From an uncultured cyanobacterium (GTDB lineage: Bacteria; Cyanobacteriota; Cyanobacteriia; Cyanobacteriales; CAWUOF01), in the NCBI GenBank assembly GCA_963744145.1, contig CAVUSO010000001.1, forward strand, positions 1,376,001 through 1,440,000: a DNA stretch of 64,000 nt. Direction: 5' to 3'. Positions within the stretch are counted from its first letter, which is position 1; every line of letters begins with the position of its first letter. Position numbers and translations under genes: made by a program. The notes beneath the pieces are model-generated. The model was not told where the DNA came from and searched no databases. It saw only the letters and a list, made by a program, of their open reading frames with translations. Shown here in pieces: positions 32,628 to 41,327 of the stretch.

Positions 32628-34256
32628 ATGGGTTCCTCTTTATCCGAGGTTTTAATCATTGGTGCTGGCCCTGTTGGACTAACACTGGCATCTGAGCTAG
32701 CTCGCTATGGAGTGCAATGTCGCATTGTCGATAAAGAACCTAGCCCAAAAACAATTTCCAAAGCCTTGATTCTGCATGTCCGCACCCAGGAAGTATTTGA
32801 TGCTATGGGGGCAATTACTGCGGAAAAATCGATCAGCATACCCCTGCGACGGATCAGTTTGCATACTTACGGAAAGTTAATTGGACACTTGCACGCTGAT
32901 GCAATTGATAGTCCCCATCCTCACCCGATTATTTTAGGTCAGGACAAAACCGAGCGTGTGTTAGAAGAACATCTGCATAACCTGGGAAATAAGGTGGAAT
33001 GGCAGGTGGAGGCGATCGGCTTTGAGCAAACGGAAACAGGTGTTGCTGTAACCCTGCGTCATCCTGATGGCCAGGAAGAAGTTGCCCATGCCAACTATCT
33101 TGTCGGTTGTGATGGTGCCCATAGTATGGTGCGAAAAAAGCTGGGCTTGAGCTTTGCAGGTGGCAAATATGAGAACGAGCAATTCATCCAAACCGATGCC
33201 AAAATTCGCTGGACACTGCCAAAAGGTACGAGCTACCTGTTCCTGACCCAGCAAGGTTACATGATGGTGATTGAAATGCCCGACGATATCGTCCGGGTGT
33301 TTATCTCTCTGTCCGACCCCGATCCTACAAATGAGACACCACCGACGTTACAGGAAGTACAGGATGCCTTGAACCAACTGGGAGGGCTGGAAGCCGAACT
33401 CTACGATCCGATCTGGCTAGCCCGCTATCGCACATCTCATCGTCGCGCCGATCGCTTCCGAGAAGGACGCATTTTTGTCGCCGGAGATGCCGGACATATC
33501 CATGTTCCTCTGGGCGGACAAGGGATGAATACAGGTATTCAGGATGCTTTTAACCTAGGATGGAAACTGGCATACACCCTGCAAGGCAAAGTGAATCCTA
33601 CTTTGTTGGATACCTATAACGCCGAGCGCATTCCAGTCGCAGAAGCGCTTTTGGCAGGCACAGATAAAGGCTACCGCATCATTTTGCATCCGAATGAGTT
33701 GAAACAGAATGCGGTGCGGTTATTAGGACCATTCATTGTTGGGCAGGAGTCGATTCGAGCAAAAATCCTACACACACTCGAAGAAGTGGATATCAGCTAC
33801 AAAGATACCAGCCCGATCGCGGCAGATTATGGGGGTAGTAGTGGACCGGTAGCAGGCGATCGCGCTCCTAGTGCAACAATCCTTCGACTTGCCGATTATG
33901 CAACAGTACAAATGTTCGATGTCTTCCGAGGCACCCACTGGACTTTGTTGCTCTTTGCTGGACAAAAAGCAGCACCTGAAATTTATGTGCAATTGTTGAG
34001 CATTCAACAAAGGGTGAGTGATAAATATCCTCAAGCGATCCACCCCTACCTGCTTGTCCCAGAACTACTCCCACCGCAAAACCTACCTCAGAGCAGCAGA
34101 ATCTTGATGGATAGTGAGCTTTATGCCCATGAAAAATATGGCATTTCTGCTCCATGCCTCTATTTAATTCGACCTGATTGGTATATCGGATTTCGGGGCG
34201 GGATCTCACAGAGCGATCGCCTGTTTGATTATCTCACTAAACTTTTCCTAGAGTAG
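32628..34256 (+). CDS. FAD-dependent monooxygenase (aromatic-ring hydroxylase type, C-terminal thioredoxin-like domain)
   Basis: GAGPVG, GCDGAHSMVR, AGDAGHIHVPLGGQGMNTGIQDA, LIRPDWYIG. Confidence 0.9.
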   Translation: MGSSLSEVLIIGAGPVGLTLASELARYGVQCRIVDKEPSPKTISKALILHVRTQEVFDAMGAITAEKSISIPLRRISLHTYGKLIGHLHADAIDSPHPHPIILGQDKTERVLEEHLHNLGNKVEWQVEAIGFEQTETGVAVTLRHPDGQEEVAHANYLVGCDGAHSMVRKKLGLSFAGGKYENEQFIQTDAKIRWTLPKGTSYLFLTQQGYMMVIEMPDDIVRVFISLSDPDPTNETPPTLQEVQDALNQLGGLEAELYDPIWLARYRTSHRRADRFREGRIFVAGDAGHIHVPLGGQGMNTGIQDAFNLGWKLAYTLQGKVNPTLLDTYNAERIPVAEALLAGTDKGYRIILHPNELKQNAVRLLGPFIVGQESIRAKILHTLEEVDISYKDTSPIAADYGGSSGPVAGDRAPSATILRLADYATVQMFDVFRGTHWTLLLFAGQKAAPEIYVQLLSIQQRVSDKYPQAIHPYLLVPELLPPQNLPQSSRILMDSELYAHEKYGISAPCLYLIRPDWYIGFRGGISQSDRLFDYLTKLFLE

Positions 34257-34342
34257 ATACTGCTCGATTAATTGGGCGATCGCACGATCATTAAAATCTG
34301 CTGTCAGTTCTAGGATACGGGTACTAAAAGCATGATAGCGAT
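34254..34342 (-). pseudogene. Relic of the extreme 3' end of a giant hybrid kinase gene
   Basis: Ungapped match to 35049-35137 (constant offset of 795). Confidence 0.75.
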
Positions 34343-34421
34343 GTTCTAAGTTACGATCGAGTGTGGCTTTTTCGATCGTGATCGCCTATAATCAAAACAT
34401 AATTGAGCGCATCTATTCTTT

Positions 34422-34712
34422 ATGGGGTTCAAATTTGAATGGGATACTAAAAAAGCGGAAATTAATTTCCATAAACATGGCATCAGTTTTGATGAAGCAT
34501 CTACTGTATTTAATGATCCATTAGCTGTGATTTTTGATGATCCAGTTCATTCCTTCGGTGAACAACGAGAAATTATTATCGGTCATTCCGATCAAAATAA
34601 ATTACTTTTAGTTTGTTTTACTGAAAAGAAAAATAATATTATCCGTGTTTTCAGTTCTCGTTTAACTACTAAAAAAGAAAGGAAAGATTATGAACAAAAT
34701 TCCTTCCATTAA
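34422..34712 (+). CDS. brnT: BrnT family toxin (type II TA RNase)
   Basis: FEWDTKKAEINFHKHGISFDEA...HSFGEQR...IIRVFSSR...KKERKDYE. Confidence 0.88.
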   Translation: MGFKFEWDTKKAEINFHKHGISFDEASTVFNDPLAVIFDDPVHSFGEQREIIIGHSDQNKLLLVCFTEKKNNIIRVFSSRLTTKKERKDYEQNSFH

Positions 34713-34911
34713 TTCTGATTCTGATGAATCAGATGATTTATTAGCTGAATATAATTTTGATTATAGCCAAGCTCGTCCCAATCGTTTTGGATTAAAATCG
34801 CCCACTAAAATTACGATTACTCTCGATCCAGATGTTGCTGAAGTTTTTCAAACATCAGAATCAGTTAATCGTGCTTTACGTTGTTTACTAGCAGCTATTC
34901 CCAAGAATTAA
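34690..34911 (+). CDS. BrnA-like antitoxin
   Basis: Overlaps the toxin stop by 23 nt. EYNFDYS..RPNRF and TLDPDVAEVF...SVNRALR. Confidence 0.78.
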   Translation: MNKIPSINSDSDESDDLLAEYNFDYSQARPNRFGLKSPTKITITLDPDVAEVFQTSESVNRALRCLLAAIPKN

Positions 34912-34993
34912 GTTCTCTGTTCTCTTTTCGATAGGGATACTCAATGGCTTTTTCAATGGCTGCTGACGGAATCGCTGTTTCCAAAGCTTTGAT

Positions 34994-35039
34994 AATCATC
35001 CATTTCTAATTCGCTAACCTGAGTAGAAATCTGGACTAT
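34994..35039 (-). pseudogene. 46-bp relic of the 5' end of the Uma2 gene
   Basis: Matches 14792-14837 and has the same abutting position after a giant kinase stop. Start codon changed ATG to ATA. Confidence 0.75.
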
Positions 35040-38000
35040 TTAAACTCCTAGATGCTGTTCGATTAATTGGGCGATCGCACTATCATTAAAATCTGCTGTC
35101 AGTTCTAGGATGCTAGTACCAAAAGCATGATAGCGATCGTCCCTTACCATTAAAGACTTTACTGCTTCCTCAATTGCGGCAATATCTCCCATTTTAGCTC
35201 CCTTTAGCAGCATTTCTAACTCTTGAGGAGGTGGGATGATCTGCTCTACATTTGGAACGACTTCCTCTGTTGTTAAAGTGGTAAACTCTTCATAAATCCA
35301 CTCCAATTGGAAATATTTTTGCAGACCAGCTAACAACTGCTCAAAGTTAATCGGTTTTTGGAGAAAGTCATTGCAACCTACCTCTAAACTCCTTGCTTGG
35401 TCTTCAGTCAAAACGCTAGCGGAAGAAGCAATTATTATGGTGTTTTGTAACTGAGAAAGCGATCGCAGTTGTCGCACCATTTCCCAACTATCTAAAATCG
35501 GGATCAGTAACTCTGTAATGATCAAATCAGGTTGAACCACTAGCGATTGATTTAGACCTTCTTCCCCATTTTCTGCTTCGTAACATTCAAATCCTAAAGG
35601 TATTAATAGTTTTAATAAAATCTCGCGGTTTACCAATTTATCATCCACAATTAACAGCTTGCGTCTTGGACCATGATAACCAATAATTTTACCCTGGATA
35701 TTTCCTAATCTTTCCTCAATCTGAGCGATCGGAACTTCCACCTCAAAGAAAAATCTACTTCCTATTCCTAGTTGACTCGTGACTTGAATATTACTATCCA
35801 TCAAATTGACGATTTTTTGCGAGATCGCTAACCCCAAACCCGTACCCTCTGCTTGTCGTGATTTCGAGCCAACTTGCTCAAAAGGTAAGAATATTTTGGT
35901 TAATTGTGCTGGACTCATCCCAATCCCTGTATCCTCTACTACAAAACGCAATTTAATCTGATGATTGGATGAGATGGAAAGCTTTTGTACAATAAAAGTC
36001 ACACTACCTGTATCCGTAAATTTAATGGCATTACCTAACAGATTAAGTAATACTTGACGGAGACATTTTTCATCAACAGTGATAGCATTGGGTAAATTAG
36101 GATCAATCATTGAATGAAAAGCAATTCCTTTCTGTTGGGCGCGGATATCTAACATTTCTACTACACCGAGCAAGAAAAAGGACAACTTAATTTCTTGGGG
36201 ATTTAATTCTAGTTTACGGGCTTCAATTTTCGCCAGATCCAGGATATCGTTAATTAAATTTAGGAGATGATGGGCAGATTGAGCGATGACATCCACCCCA
36301 CGACTTTGAGTATTCAGGTCTCGAACCCGTTTCATAATTTGAGTATAGCCAAGAATTCCATTCAGAGGAGTGCGTAACTCATGGCTCATCGAAGCGAGAA
36401 ATTCACTTTTGGCTTGGTTAGCAGATTCAGCTACAGCTTTAGCTTGTTTGAGTTCTTCGGTTCTTTGTTCAACTTTTTGTTCGAGGGTATGGGAGTATTC
36501 TTCTAAGCGACTGTAAAGAAGGGCATTTTCGATCGCGATCGAGACTTGAGTAGTTAAAATTTTCAGAATTTCTTGGTGACGTTCGGTAAAAGCAGCTACG
36601 GTTTGGCTATTTTCTAGATAGAGAATCCCGATCATCGTATTTTGTTTGAGGATGGGTAAACATAAGATGCTTTTTGGTTGTTGAATTTGAATATAGCGAT
36701 CGCTACTCCATCGCTCAATTTGAGTAACATCATCAAAAACTAGGGTTTCTGTGGTGTTGCGAACGTAACGAATCAGGGAAATAGGTACATCAGCACTGGT
36801 TTCTAGTGATTCTTTGGGGAAAGACTCCTGCTTTTGCTGTTCTTGTAAAGTAGCCAGAGCTTCTACTTGCCACTCAGGATGAGCAGGTAAAATCAACGCA
36901 CATTTAGCAGCACCAGAATTTTCCATTAAAATTCCGGCTAGTTTGCTAATTAGTTGGTCATGCTGGAGTTCGCTAGAGATGGCTTGAGCGGCTTTGAGAA
37001 TACTAGCGACATCAAGGGTTTTAGAAGTGCTACTACTGCTAGAGGTGCTAGAAGTCTTGCGGGTAGTAAGAGTCGGGGCTGCGATCGTGTCTTGGGGATT
37101 GAGTTTCAGTTGGGTAATTGATAAAATTGACTCTAATAGTTGCGGGTAGCGTTCCTCCAGATCGTTGATTTTGGCTAAAGCTCCCCAACGAGCATAGCCG
37201 TAGTAGGCAGCCAGCATATAACCTGTTGCTACTTGTTCTTTGCCACGATTGAGATAATATTCGGCGGCGAGTTCGTTGGCTAGGGCTTCTTCTTGGATGT
37301 AGCTGTGGTTTTTAGCCCCAGCGATCGCGCGATCGTAATAGTCTTCAGCTTTCAGACGATCGCCTGAAATTCGTGCTTTTTCTGCTTCTACTAGGTCATA
37401 CTTGTGTTGATAGTTGACCGGGGCATGGTGCGCCCAGTGCTGCATTTTTTGCTGATTTTCTTGTACTTGGAGCAGATATTGTTGTTGTTCGGTAGGTTCA
37501 ACGTTAGTATAGTTAGCCAGGAGAGATAGGGAATAATAAAAGTTATAAGCTACCAAAGTTATCAATCCGATCCCGCTGCCAATTTGTTCTAGTGCTAACA
37601 AAGCATTGTCAATTGCTTGAGGGAAATTTTTGAATAAATAGCAAAGAATTGTTTTATTAACATATACAGCCAAAAGAGTTACACGATTTTTTGTTGCTTG
37701 CAAATATGGCAGCATGGCTGTTTCGTCAAAACTTTCACCAATCAACAGAAATTTATTTGACGTTAGCCCTTGTAAATTTAAGGTTAGTTGATGAAAATTT
37801 TGGATGTATTTAGTTGGAAATTTTTGCTTTAATTTACTCATTAAATCAATGTATCCTAGCTGCTCATTTGCCACTAATTCTAATGGTTTACCAGTCCAAA
37901 ATATGTGACCTGAATAGTGAAGAGCGCAAATCCCAGCATACTCTATATCTCCAACCTCTAGTCCACTATGAAATCCCTCTCTTAACGGTGCTAAAGTTTC

Positions 38001-41000
38001 CTCTATATGCTCTTTCCAGTGTCGAACCAATCCGTTAAAAGGAGCATAAACTCTACTTTTTAGTTCTTTGGCATTGAATTGCTCTAATAATCTTAAAGAT
38101 AGTTGACCAGCATAATATCCAGCATCTAATTCACCCATTAATCCAGATAAAATCATGCCATAATCAATATAGGCGATCGCAGCTATGGCTGAATGACCTT
38201 CTTCAATACAAAGACTAATCATAGTCAAAACTATCTGCATAGAAGCTGGAGAATTAGCAATCACAGCAGCCGCACTAATCTTCATCAAAATTTGCATAGC
38301 TGCCAGCTTATACGGATCGGTCATTATCGGGAAATTTTCTAAATCTTCAAGCTGAGGTAACTGCATTTTCTCAGTGTTCTCATTGCCAGGAAGAGGAGAT
38401 AATTGCACTCCCAATAATTCAACTACTTTTATTCCTGTTTCAATTGCTTCTAGCATTTGATTTTGGCTAATCGCAAACTGGATTTTCAACTCATAGACCT
38501 TTACCTTATCCAGCAGATTTTTAGCTTGTTGTAAAACAATTTCCACTAATTTTTCTGATTGCTCAAAATCAGTGTTTAAATATTCAGTTTCCGCTAATGC
38601 TATATGAAGTTTAAGGGTCAATTCATAGTGACTCTGCCAACTATTTGCTGGCAACAATTCCAAACCCACCATTAAATATTCATTCGCTATGCCATAAGCC
38701 GTGGCTGTTTTCGCTTTTCCTCCCGCCCGCAGATTTAATTCAATTAGTTCTTGACGTTGACTTTCTTCCTCTAACAGTTCTCGTCCTTTATTCAATTGAT
38801 TAACAATAGAAAACAGTTTTTTTTCCTGTTGTTCTGGGAATGTTTCACTTAATAATAATTGCCCAATCTTGAGATGAGTAGCAGGTTTTTCAGCTTCGGC
38901 AATTAATAAATAAGCTGCCTGTTGTATCCGGTCATGGAGAAAGCGATAAGTTAAAGAAATATCTTTTAATTGTGATAACTCTTGATTGTCTTCAGACTGA
39001 AAAAATTTATATACTTGTGTAGTCGGCAAAATCAATCCTTCTTGCAGAGATACCCACAATCTAGAAGTAATCTCTAAAGCAGATTGTTCACACACGATCG
39101 CCAATGTTTCTAAATCAAACTGATTACCAATACAAGCAGCAACTTGCATTACTTTTTGAGTTTCTGCGGGTAGTTTTTGTAGCTGAATTGCCATAAATTC
39201 AACTATATCATCACTGATGGCAAGTAAACCTATCCCGCTTAAATCACACTGCCAATAACCCAATGTCCGCTCAAACTTAATCAAATCTTCTCCATACAAA
39301 AACTTGAGAAACTGATTGGTAAAAAACGGATTTCCGCCAGTTTTTTGATATACTAAGTTAGTCAGTGGTTCGGCTAATTCCCCCGCACAATTAAGCGTAG
39401 CTGCGATTAATTGATTAATATCTTTTACAGTTAATGCTTCTAGGGTTATCGTCTGAAGTGCTAGCCCAAATTTTTTCATTTCTGCTACGGTTTGCATCAA
39501 GGGATGGACAGGAGAAACTTCATTATCCCGATAAGCACCAATTAACAATAAATAGCCACTTTGATTGTCACTCAGTAAGAGTTGAAGCAGTTGTAATGAG
39601 GTATAATCAGCCCATTGTAAATCATCGAGGAAAATGACTAGAGGATGAACCGGAGTAGCTAGGGTACAGATGAAATTCTGAAATAATAAATTAAAGCGAT
39701 TTTGAGCAGCACTCCCAGAAAGCTCTGGTGCTGGAGCTGGTTGACCAATGATTCTTTCTAATTCGGGAATAACTTCAATTAATACTTGTGCGCTTTCTCC
39801 TAATGCTGCTAATATCTTCTCACGCCAGATTTGTAATTCTTGGTCACTTTCACTAAGTAATTGTCCCAGGAAATCTCGGAAAGCTTGAGCGATCGCACTT
39901 AAAGGAATATTCCGATTAAATTGGTCAAATTTCCCTTTAATAAAATATCCTTTTTGCCTGGTAATTGGTTTATGCACTTCATTAACAACAGCAGTTTTCC
40001 CAATTCCAGAAAAACCTGCTACTAAGATTAATTCCCTATTACCATTACTGATTCTCTCAAAAGCATTTAATAGTTGATTAACTTCGTTTTCTCTACCGTA
40101 GAGTTTTTCGGGGATAATGAAGCGATCGGACAGATCCCGCTCTCCTAATCTAAAATTAACTATCTCCCCGGTACTTTCCAACTGTTGCCAACATTTTTCT
40201 AGATCATATTTTAACCCCAAGGCACTTTGATATCGATCTTCGGCATTTTTCGCCATCAATTTGACAATAATCGCTGATACTACTGGGGAGATAGTTTCAT
40301 TGAGCGCATGAGGTGGTACTGGGTTTTTGGCAATGTGAGAATATACTAATTCTAAGGGATCATTCGTGGGAAAAGGTAACTGCTCTGTCAACAGTTCATA
40401 CAAGGTTACCCCTAAACTATAAAAATCAGCACGGTAATCAATCCCACGATTCATCCTTCCGGTTTGTTCGGGTGCTAAATAAGCGAGAGTTCCTTCTAAG
40501 ACATTAGGATTTTGAATTTCTTGGGTTTCTTTTGGCAATAATGAGGCAATGCTGAAGTCAATTAGATTAATTTGTTGCGTTTCTGGATGAATAAGAATAT
40601 TAGAAGGTTTGATATCTTTGTGGATGACTCGGTTAGCGTGCAGATGGTGCAATATCTCCGCCATTGCTAGGGCAATTTCTAATACCTGAGTCAAGGTAAA
40701 TGGTTGATGTTGAGCATATTGTCTCAGGGAGATGCTACCTCCATCTTCCATAACTAGAGCATAGCCATTTTTGTAAGGTTCTAGGCTCAAAGAACGAACG
40801 ATACCAGGAATATTCAGGTTTTTGGTAATAGTATACTGATTGCGAAACTGCACTAAGTCGCTAAAATTGGGATATTCCTGTCGCAATACCTTAATGATAG
40901 CTGGACGTTGTTGGCTAATTTGGATTGCTCGATATACCAGCGTCTTAGAACCTGCGTATATTTGCGATTGAATGCTGTACCCTGGGATCTCAGGCAAGTT

Positions 41001-41060
41001 GTTGGGGGTAATGCGGTCAGTGGGTTTCATAGGTTTGGGGGGTATAGATTCAATAGCCAT
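35040..41060 (-). CDS. Third giant Ser/Thr kinase-AAA-GAF-His kinase-receiver protein (receiver has Asp to Glu)
   Basis: Same architecture as 14838-20837. Receiver reads IITELLIP. Start uncertain (41114, 41060 or 41030). Confidence 0.92.
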   Translation of the reverse strand: MAIESIPPKPMKPTDRITPNNLPEIPGYSIQSQIYAGSKTLVYRAIQISQQRPAIIKVLRQEYPNFSDLVQFRNQYTITKNLNIPGIVRSLSLEPYKNGYALVMEDGGSISLRQYAQHQPFTLTQVLEIALAMAEILHHLHANRVIHKDIKPSNILIHPETQQINLIDFSIASLLPKETQEIQNPNVLEGTLAYLAPEQTGRMNRGIDYRADFYSLGVTLYELLTEQLPFPTNDPLELVYSHIAKNPVPPHALNETISPVVSAIIVKLMAKNAEDRYQSALGLKYDLEKCWQQLESTGEIVNFRLGERDLSDRFIIPEKLYGRENEVNQLLNAFERISNGNRELILVAGFSGIGKTAVVNEVHKPITRQKGYFIKGKFDQFNRNIPLSAIAQAFRDFLGQLLSESDQELQIWREKILAALGESAQVLIEVIPELERIIGQPAPAPELSGSAAQNRFNLLFQNFICTLATPVHPLVIFLDDLQWADYTSLQLLQLLLSDNQSGYLLLIGAYRDNEVSPVHPLMQTVAEMKKFGLALQTITLEALTVKDINQLIAATLNCAGELAEPLTNLVYQKTGGNPFFTNQFLKFLYGEDLIKFERTLGYWQCDLSGIGLLAISDDIVEFMAIQLQKLPAETQKVMQVAACIGNQFDLETLAIVCEQSALEITSRLWVSLQEGLILPTTQVYKFFQSEDNQELSQLKDISLTYRFLHDRIQQAAYLLIAEAEKPATHLKIGQLLLSETFPEQQEKKLFSIVNQLNKGRELLEEESQRQELIELNLRAGGKAKTATAYGIANEYLMVGLELLPANSWQSHYELTLKLHIALAETEYLNTDFEQSEKLVEIVLQQAKNLLDKVKVYELKIQFAISQNQMLEAIETGIKVVELLGVQLSPLPGNENTEKMQLPQLEDLENFPIMTDPYKLAAMQILMKISAAAVIANSPASMQIVLTMISLCIEEGHSAIAAIAYIDYGMILSGLMGELDAGYYAGQLSLRLLEQFNAKELKSRVYAPFNGLVRHWKEHIEETLAPLREGFHSGLEVGDIEYAGICALHYSGHIFWTGKPLELVANEQLGYIDLMSKLKQKFPTKYIQNFHQLTLNLQGLTSNKFLLIGESFDETAMLPYLQATKNRVTLLAVYVNKTILCYLFKNFPQAIDNALLALEQIGSGIGLITLVAYNFYYSLSLLANYTNVEPTEQQQYLLQVQENQQKMQHWAHHAPVNYQHKYDLVEAEKARISGDRLKAEDYYDRAIAGAKNHSYIQEEALANELAAEYYLNRGKEQVATGYMLAAYYGYARWGALAKINDLEERYPQLLESILSITQLKLNPQDTIAAPTLTTRKTSSTSSSSSTSKTLDVASILKAAQAISSELQHDQLISKLAGILMENSGAAKCALILPAHPEWQVEALATLQEQQKQESFPKESLETSADVPISLIRYVRNTTETLVFDDVTQIERWSSDRYIQIQQPKSILCLPILKQNTMIGILYLENSQTVAAFTERHQEILKILTTQVSIAIENALLYSRLEEYSHTLEQKVEQRTEELKQAKAVAESANQAKSEFLASMSHELRTPLNGILGYTQIMKRVRDLNTQSRGVDVIAQSAHHLLNLINDILDLAKIEARKLELNPQEIKLSFFLLGVVEMLDIRAQQKGIAFHSMIDPNLPNAITVDEKCLRQVLLNLLGNAIKFTDTGSVTFIVQKLSISSNHQIKLRFVVEDTGIGMSPAQLTKIFLPFEQVGSKSRQAEGTGLGLAISQKIVNLMDSNIQVTSQLGIGSRFFFEVEVPIAQIEERLGNIQGKIIGYHGPRRKLLIVDDKLVNREILLKLLIPLGFECYEAENGEEGLNQSLVVQPDLIITELLIPILDSWEMVRQLRSLSQLQNTIIIASSASVLTEDQARSLEVGCNDFLQKPINFEQLLAGLQKYFQLEWIYEEFTTLTTEEVVPNVEQIIPPPQELEMLLKGAKMGDIAAIEEAVKSLMVRDDRYHAFGTSILELTADFNDSAIAQLIEQHLGV

Positions 41061-41152
41061 AGTCAATCGAACTCTTGCAAAATTACAAGTTGTCACTGAG
41101 AGAAACCCACCCATGCGAGGGGTCGGGATAAATCAGGCTACCCCGATCATAT

Positions 41153-41242
41153 TATCATCAAAATCTGCTGTCAGTTCTAGGATACTAGTACCAAAAGCAT
41201 GATAACCATCGTCCCTTGTCCTCAAATACCTTACTGCTTCCT
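41153..41242 (-). pseudogene. Relic of the 3' end of a giant hybrid kinase gene
   Basis: Matches about 35080-35170 (ATCATYAAAATCTGCTGTCAGTTCTAGGAT...TTACTGCTTCCT). Confidence 0.72.
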
Positions 41243-41327
41243 GAATTATACAAAGAATGGCATAAAAATAAAAATTAGCCAGAGCTGAGTCATTACTAAT
41301 GGCTAATTATTTGATCTACAGATTAAA

